A DNA stretch of 64,000 nucleotides from a bacterium. Lineage in GTDB: Bacteria > Chloroflexota > Dormibacteria > Aeolococcales > Bog-877. The position numbers and the translations under genes are program-made. Position 1 is the first letter of the stretch. Each line of letters begins with the position of its first letter. The notes under the pieces were generated by a model that did no database searches, was not told the DNA's origin, and worked only from the letters and a program-made list of their open reading frames with translations. Positions 55,427-64,000 of this stretch are shown in pieces. Location of the stretch: NCBI GenBank assembly GCA_021785655.1, contig JAJYET010000007.1, positions 8,267 through 72,266 on the forward strand, written 5' to 3'.

Positions 55427-56884
55427 TTAGAGCCCGCTCGGAGGAGGGGTCAGGACTACAACCAGCCGATCACGATACCTGGTCCGCCAGCCCTCGGCAC
55501 GGAGGAAAGCCACCCCGGGGTTGGTCGGCGGAAGGACCGCCAGCCGTACCCCCGCCGCGGAGAGCAGGTTCAGGGTCCCCGAGGTCAGCTGGGAGAGCCG
55601 GTAGCAGGCCGCCAGCCGGCCCTCCCCCGCCACCACCTGGTCGGTGACGCACATCAGGCGGCGGCCCGCCGGAAAGTCCGCCGCGAGGTAGTCGCCCAGC
55701 TCCGGGGTGGAGTACCAAACCCCGCCCGCGGTCCTAAGGAAGGCGACGGCCGAGGGCGGCGGCGCCCCCGCGGCGGCCCCGCGGCCAAGGCGGGCTGCGG
55801 AAACTCCGAGACCGGCGGCGGCGAGGAGCGGCAGGGCGAGCGCGAGGGCAGCGGCTCGGGACGCCGTCCCCCGCCCCAGCGGAAGCGGGGCGGCGAGCAG
55901 GAGAGCTGGCACCTGAATGCCGATCACGGCCACCAGAAGTGGGAGGTAGAAGGACCAGAGCAGTGAGGCCGCAGCGGCCAGAAGGCCGATGAGGGCGCCG
56001 CCCGAGCCCAGCCGGCGGCCCGCCAGCAGGTAGGCGGCCAGGAGCAGGAGGGCCGCCAGCTCCACCACTCGCATCGACCAGGGGTGGAAGTTGGGGCTGG
56101 ACCAGAGGGCGAGGAGCGGGTGCTCCCCGCCCTGCCCCAGGCTGAGGGGCAGGGCGGAGTAGATGCGCGGTCCGAGTGGGTTGACCATCACCGCGACCGC
56201 GGCGGCCGGGGCCACCAGCCAGGGGAGCCGATCCCCTCGGGGCTGCGGGCCGAACCGGTCGGCGGCGGCGATGAGCAGAAGGGCCGGCGGCACCAGCACC
56301 GCGGCGGACTGCAGATTGGACCAGAGCAGGCAGAGCCCGACCAGCGCGACCAGGGCCCAGCGCCGCCCGCGCCGGACCTCCGCGAGGAGGAGCAGGGCCG
56401 TGGCCCCCAGCAGAGCCAGCCAGTAGGTGGAGTTCGTGGCCGGCAGCTGGGCAAGCGCCGCCAGCGCCACGCCACCTCCCAGCGTCACGGCCAGGGGATG
56501 GGCCTTGGCCCGCCACCCGGAGACGGCGAGCACAAGACCGAAGGCTGAGCCCAGCAGCACCGTGAGCCCCACCAGGCCGGCAGCTCCTGCCAGGTGGTGG
56601 AAGCCCAGGGAGATCAGCGCCGCCAGCCAGGAGCGGAGGTCGAGCTCACCCGAGGGCGCCGCCATGAAAGAAGCCCCAGCCCGCCGCAGGACCTCCTGGC
56701 CCATGGCCAGCTGCAGGTAGTCCGGGGCGGCAGGCTGGCGCCAGCCCGCGGCGCCCCCCCCCAGGGTGAGAGCGGCCGCGGCTCCCAGCCTCCAGCTCCC
56801 GGTGCCGCAGCCGGCCAGCAGCAGAACGGCCCGGCGCTGGACCGACACCAAGAGCGGATGGGGGGCTGGAAGGCGGTCGGTCAA
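55427..56884 (-). CDS. Polytopic membrane protein, GT-C-like; paralog of 50481..52022
   Basis: Hydrophobic multi-pass sequence with the shared motif LWSSPNFHPW. TTG 56884 overlaps the stop of the upstream GT2 gene (TTGA). The track extension to 57139 lies inside that gene. The start is uncertain. Confidence 0.45.
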   Translation of the reverse strand: MTDRLPAPHPLLVSVQRRAVLLLAGCGTGSWRLGAAAALTLGGGAAGWRQPAAPDYLQLAMGQEVLRRAGASFMAAPSGELDLRSWLAALISLGFHHLAGAAGLVGLTVLLGSAFGLVLAVSGWRAKAHPLAVTLGGGVALAALAQLPATNSTYWLALLGATALLLLAEVRRGRRWALVALVGLCLLWSNLQSAAVLVPPALLLIAAADRFGPQPRGDRLPWLVAPAAAVAVMVNPLGPRIYSALPLSLGQGGEHPLLALWSSPNFHPWSMRVVELAALLLLAAYLLAGRRLGSGGALIGLLAAAASLLWSFYLPLLVAVIGIQVPALLLAAPLPLGRGTASRAAALALALPLLAAAGLGVSAARLGRGAAAGAPPPSAVAFLRTAGGVWYSTPELGDYLAADFPAGRRLMCVTDQVVAGEGRLAACYRLSQLTSGTLNLLSAAGVRLAVLPPTNPGVAFLRAEGWRTRYRDRLVVVLTPPPSGL

Positions 56885-57627
56885 GGGTGAGAGGGGACCG
56901 CGGCCAGCCTCCTCCGGCAGCTCCGGAGCCGGCGCAGCTCCAGCAGCATCCGGCCGCCGTCTCGAAGCGAGCTCACCCGGGTGCCCTCGGAGTTGCGCCA
57001 GCGGACCCCCACCTCGGCCACCCGGATCCCCCGGATCCGGGCCCGCAGCAGCACCTCGGCGTCGAAGCCGAAGCCCAGGCAGTCGAGCTCGGAGAAGCAG
57101 GTGAGCGCCGCATCTGCGGTGAAGAGCTTGAAGCCACACTGGGTGTCGTGCAGCCCGGGGAGGGCTGCCAGGCGCAGCAGACGGTTGTAGGTCTTGCCCA
57201 TGAGCTCGCGGTGGGCGGGCTGGTGGACCTCGACCATGGAGCCGGTGACGGCCCTTGACCCGATGGCGATCCCGGCCCCCGCTTCCAGCTCAGCCTCCAG
57301 CTTCCGAAGCTCGCCGATCGGCGTGGAGAGGTCAGCGTCCGTGAAGAGCCGCCGCCGGCCGACCGCTCGGAGCATCCCCTCTCGGACCGCCGCTCCCTTG
57401 CCCTGATTCCGCGGGAGCCTCAGAAGCCGCAGCTCGGGCCAGCCTGCCGCGGCGGTGGTGATCAGGCTGGCGGTGCCGTCGACGCTCCCGTCATCGACCA
57501 CCAGCAGCTCGTACCCGCCGGACGTGCCCTGGAGGTAGCGGCGCAGCTCAAGGAGGGAGGCCGGGAGACGGTCCTGCTCGTTGTAGGCTGGGACCACGAC
57601 CGAGAGCCGCACGGCGGAGCTGATCAC
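56881..57627 (-). CDS. GT2 glycosyltransferase, dolichyl/polyprenyl-phosphate beta-glucosyltransferase-like
   Basis: Motifs LSVVVPAYNEQDRL, LLVVDDGSVDGT, RNQGKGAAV, FTDADLSTP, GSRA, DTQCGFKLF. GTG 57627 overlaps the upstream stop (GTGA). Confidence 0.8.
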   Translation of the reverse strand: MISSAVRLSVVVPAYNEQDRLPASLLELRRYLQGTSGGYELLVVDDGSVDGTASLITTAAAGWPELRLLRLPRNQGKGAAVREGMLRAVGRRRLFTDADLSTPIGELRKLEAELEAGAGIAIGSRAVTGSMVEVHQPAHRELMGKTYNRLLRLAALPGLHDTQCGFKLFTADAALTCFSELDCLGFGFDAEVLLRARIRGIRVAEVGVRWRNSEGTRVSSLRDGGRMLLELRRLRSCRRRLAAVPSHP

Positions 57628-58382
57628 CTCCGGGACTCCCGCAGAACCCGCCAGAAGAACACCGATCCGCGGGCCATCCGGGTGACCCGCCAGGGCTGGC
57701 GCAGAAGGCGCCAGCTCCACTCCAGCCCGGCCCGCCTCAGGGGCTCTGGCGCCCGGCGCACCCGCCCGGCGAGGTAGTCGAGCGATCCGCCCACCCCGAT
57801 GCCGACCCGGCAGCCGCTGTCTCCGAGGTGACGGCCGAGCCAGAGGTCCTGCCTGGGCACCCCCAGCGCCACCGCCACCACGCTCGCCCCGGAGGCACGG
57901 ATCAGGTCCGCCGCCTCCTCGAGCTCCTCCGGGCGCGGGCTGAGGGCCCCAGCCAGCTCCAGACCCGGAGCCAGCTGGCTCAGCCGCTCGTAGGCGGCCG
58001 CAGCGACCCCCTCACGGCCACCGACGAGGAACACCGACCGGCCCATCTGGGCACACATGGCGCACAGGTCGACCAGGAAGTCGGCACCCGGGATGCGCTC
58101 AGGAAGTCGGCGGCCCATCCGCCTCGCCGCCCAGGAGATCCCCGAGCCGTCGGCCAGCACCAGGCCCGCCCGCCTGATGGTCTCCGCCAGCTCGGGCGCC
58201 CGGCCCGCCCAGACCACCATCTCCGGATTGAGCGTCACCACCTGTAGCGGCCCTTCCAGGCCGAGGAGGGCCCCCCGGCACCGGGCGAGGGCGGCCTCGC
58301 GGGTGGTGAGGTCCACCGGGACCCCGAGCAGCGAAAGGCGAGGCGTGACCGGAGCCACTCCCGCCGCAGGGGCCTGGGGCAC
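57624..58382 (-). CDS. WecG/TagA/CpsF-family glycosyltransferase (GT26)
   Basis: 252 aa with motifs LLGVPVD, VVTLNPEMV, LVLADGSGISWAAR, VFLVGG, GVPRQDLW and VGGSLDYLAG, typical of GT26 lipid-linked ManNAc/ManNAcA transferases. Confidence 0.8.
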   Translation of the reverse strand: MPQAPAAGVAPVTPRLSLLGVPVDLTTREAALARCRGALLGLEGPLQVVTLNPEMVVWAGRAPELAETIRRAGLVLADGSGISWAARRMGRRLPERIPGADFLVDLCAMCAQMGRSVFLVGGREGVAAAAYERLSQLAPGLELAGALSPRPEELEEAADLIRASGASVVAVALGVPRQDLWLGRHLGDSGCRVGIGVGGSLDYLAGRVRRAPEPLRRAGLEWSWRLLRQPWRVTRMARGSVFFWRVLRESRR

Positions 58383-58457
58383 CCCTGAAGTTTAGGCCGG
58401 GGTGGGCCGGCTCACGGGCGCGGTTCCCCGACCGTTACCGGGCCGCTTCCGGCTGTT

Positions 58458-58864
58458 TCATTCCCGCTCCCGGCGCCGCTGCAGCCCGGCCGCGGCCACC
58501 CTGGCCTGGGCGACTTCCAGGAGGTGGATGGCCGCCGGGCTCTCCGGGTCCCTGGTGGCCCTCTCCTGGGCAGCCCGGAGCTCCTCCTCGGCCGGCTCCA
58601 GTCCGATGGTCGTGGAGAGCTGGCCCCGCTCCGCGACCACGGTCACCAGATCGGGCAGGACCTCCAGGAAACCACCCTCGAGGAAGACGTAGCGCTCCCC
58701 CTCCCCCTGCCTCACCGTGACCTCGCCCGGCTTGAGCCAGGTCAGCAGGGGCGCGTGCTCGGGGAGGACCCCGAGATCGCCGTCCGCGCCGCGGAAGGTG
58801 AGAAAGTCGGCCTCCCCCTCGAGGAGCGGCTGGTCCGAGGCCAGAACGCGCACCCTGACCGCCA

Positions 58865-58865
<1 letters not shown>
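58458..58865 (-). CDS. atpC: F1 ATP synthase epsilon subunit
   Basis: 135 aa. ATGA overlap with the atpD stop. Beta-sandwich plus helical hairpin pattern (FRGADGDLGVLPEHAPLL). Confidence 0.9.
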
Positions 58866-62729
<3,864 letters not shown>

Positions 62730-62736
62730 GCTCCCC

Positions 62737-63312
62737 TCAGATTGCTCCGGCTTCCGTCAGCATCCTCGAGCGCAGCTGCTGCAGCCGGGTGCGCAGGCTG
62801 GCGTCAAATACCTTGTCCCCCACTCTGACCACCGCCCCGCCGAGGAGATCACCCTCCACCCGGGAGGAGATCTCCACCTGCCGCCCGGCCCGCCGGGAGA
62901 GCTCGCGTCCGAACCGCTCCAGCTGCTCCAAGGTGAGGGGCACGGCGGTGGTCACGGTGGCTGACACCCTACCTTCGCGCCTTTCCACCAGGTCGAGGTA
63001 GGCGGCTCGGATCTGGGGCAGCATCCGGGTGCGCCGCGAGTTGATCAGCAAGAGCAGGAGGTTGCCGGCCGGGCGGTCCGCCCCCTCCACCTGGGCCAGC
63101 ACGGCGGTGGCCAGCTCCCGTCGCTGCAGGGTGCTGTACTCGGGGCTGGCCAGCGCACGCCCCAGGTCGGTCTCCTCCACGAGCCGGAGCAGCAGCTCCA
63201 GCCGCTCTCCCCAGCGGGGGTACGAGCCCTCCTCCTCCGCCAGCTCCACCAGCGCCTTGGCGTAGTGGCGGGCGGTGCTGGGGATGCGGGGTGGCAGCGG
63301 GGAGTCAGGCAC
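62737..63312 (-). CDS. atpH: F1 ATP synthase delta (OSCP) subunit
   Basis: 191 aa with [11 protein letters not shown] near the N-terminus. Position between atpF and atpA. Confidence 0.85.
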   Translation of the reverse strand: MPDSPLPPRIPSTARHYAKALVELAEEEGSYPRWGERLELLLRLVEETDLGRALASPEYSTLQRRELATAVLAQVEGADRPAGNLLLLLINSRRTRMLPQIRAAYLDLVERREGRVSATVTTAVPLTLEQLERFGRELSRRAGRQVEISSRVEGDLLGGAVVRVGDKVFDASLRTRLQQLRSRMLTEAGAI

Positions 63313-63808
63313 TCAGGTCCACCTCGGATAGGGCCTGCTCCACCAGCTGGAGCTGGCGCCGCTCGTCGAGCTCCTCCTGCAGCACACGGGTGGTGGCCAT
63401 CACCACCAGGTCGGCGACCTGGCGGCGGAGCTCGGCCACGGCCTGCTCGCGCTCGCGCTGGAGCTCGGCCCTGGCCCTCTCCAGCATCGCCTGCTGCTCT
63501 GCCTCACCCCGCTGACGCAGCTCCTCCCGCAGCTGCTCGCCGAGCTGCTGGGCACGATCGAGGATCTCCTGAGCCTTGGCCCGAGCCTCGGCCATCTCCT
63601 CCAGCTCACTGGCACGGGAACGCTGCGCCTCCTGGCGGGCCTTCTCGGCCTCCTGGAGCGACTGGGCGATCAGCTGCTGGCGCGCCTCCAAGGCCCGCAG
63701 CAGCGGGGGGAAGACGTAGCGGGCCAGCAGCCACAGCAGCACCAGGAAGACCACGATCTCCACCACGAAGGTGAAGTTGAGGCTGAGGGGGCTGGAGGCG
63801 AGGACCAT
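63305..63808 (-). CDS. atpF: Fo ATP synthase b subunit
   Basis: 167 aa with an N-terminal TM and a long charged helix (EAEKARQEAQRSRASELEEM...). Position in the operon supports the call. Confidence 0.85.
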   Translation of the reverse strand: MVLASSPLSLNFTFVVEIVVFLVLLWLLARYVFPPLLRALEARQQLIAQSLQEAEKARQEAQRSRASELEEMAEARAKAQEILDRAQQLGEQLREELRQRGEAEQQAMLERARAELQREREQAVAELRRQVADLVVMATTRVLQEELDERRQLQLVEQALSEVDLSA

Positions 63809-63817
63809 GTCCTCTTC

Positions 63818-64000
63818 CTACTTCCCGGCCAGGGCGATGAAGACGAACATCAGGGCGAGGTTGATGAAGTACACCGCCTCCGCCAGCCCCACAGTCAGGA
63901 AGGTCCAGGTCAGAAGCCGGCCCTGGGCCTCGGGCTGGCGGGCGATGCCGGCGATCAGCTGCGCGCCGGCCAGGCCGTCACCGATGGCGGCACCCACGGC
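63818..64000 (-). CDS. atpE: Fo ATP synthase c subunit, C-terminal 60 codons (gene continues past the right edge)
   Basis: Not in the ORF track. Reverse translation gives [60 protein letters not shown] with stop TAG at 63820-63818. The ARQPE loop and the carboxylate in GLAEA are characteristic. Confidence 0.85.
   Translation of the reverse strand, partial: AVGAAIGDGLAGAQLIAGIARQPEAQGRLLTWTFLTVGLAEAVYFINLALMFVFIALAGK

Overview
Very GC-rich bacterial chromosomal segment; in most genes nearly every third codon position is G/C. The lineage cannot be fixed without a database search, but gene content (Flp/Tad pilus without secretin, VKOR plus DUF929, GT87-type membrane glycosyltransferases) fits a high-GC monoderm of the Actinomycetota/Chloroflexota type. 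Housekeeping blocks are present: 2-oxoacid dehydrogenase E1a/E1b/E2 with lipA-lipB, tRNA-Val, ftsE-ftsX, prfB (with its programmed +1 frameshift, missed by the ORF track), secA, and the ATP synthase genes atpE(partial)-F-H-A-G-D-C. These blocks are interleaved with an unusually dense set of envelope-glycosylation genes. That set includes about eleven polytopic GT-C-like membrane proteins: seven carry a PimE/GT87-like loop motif and one is PMT_2/ArnT-like. It also includes three GT2 polyprenol-phosphate-sugar-synthase-like genes, a GtrA flippase, a WecG/TagA GT26, a SAM methyltransferase and a GH99-like hydrolase. The most unusual structure is a roughly 13-kb, 12-gene minus-strand operon. It starts with a Flp pilin and Tad machinery (CpaB, REC-CpaE, CpaF, TadB, TadC). 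It then continues through overlapping or near-abutting codons into DUF192, a second CpaF ATPase, a secreted CAP-domain protein, a MacB/FtsX-type ABC exporter and a GT87-like gene. A second tightly coupled operon links a Ppm-like GT2, GtrA, an HprK-like P-loop protein and a PMT_2-like transferase to three secreted or anchored proteins, two of them phosphoesterases. A plus-strand glycosylation island with lower GC3 and an IS3 orfA remnant splits the secA / prfB-ftsEX neighbourhood. No rRNA, CRISPR array, intact transposase or integrase, or recognisable defence or toxin-antitoxin genes were seen. All family assignments are motif-level recognition by eye and need HMM or structure confirmation.
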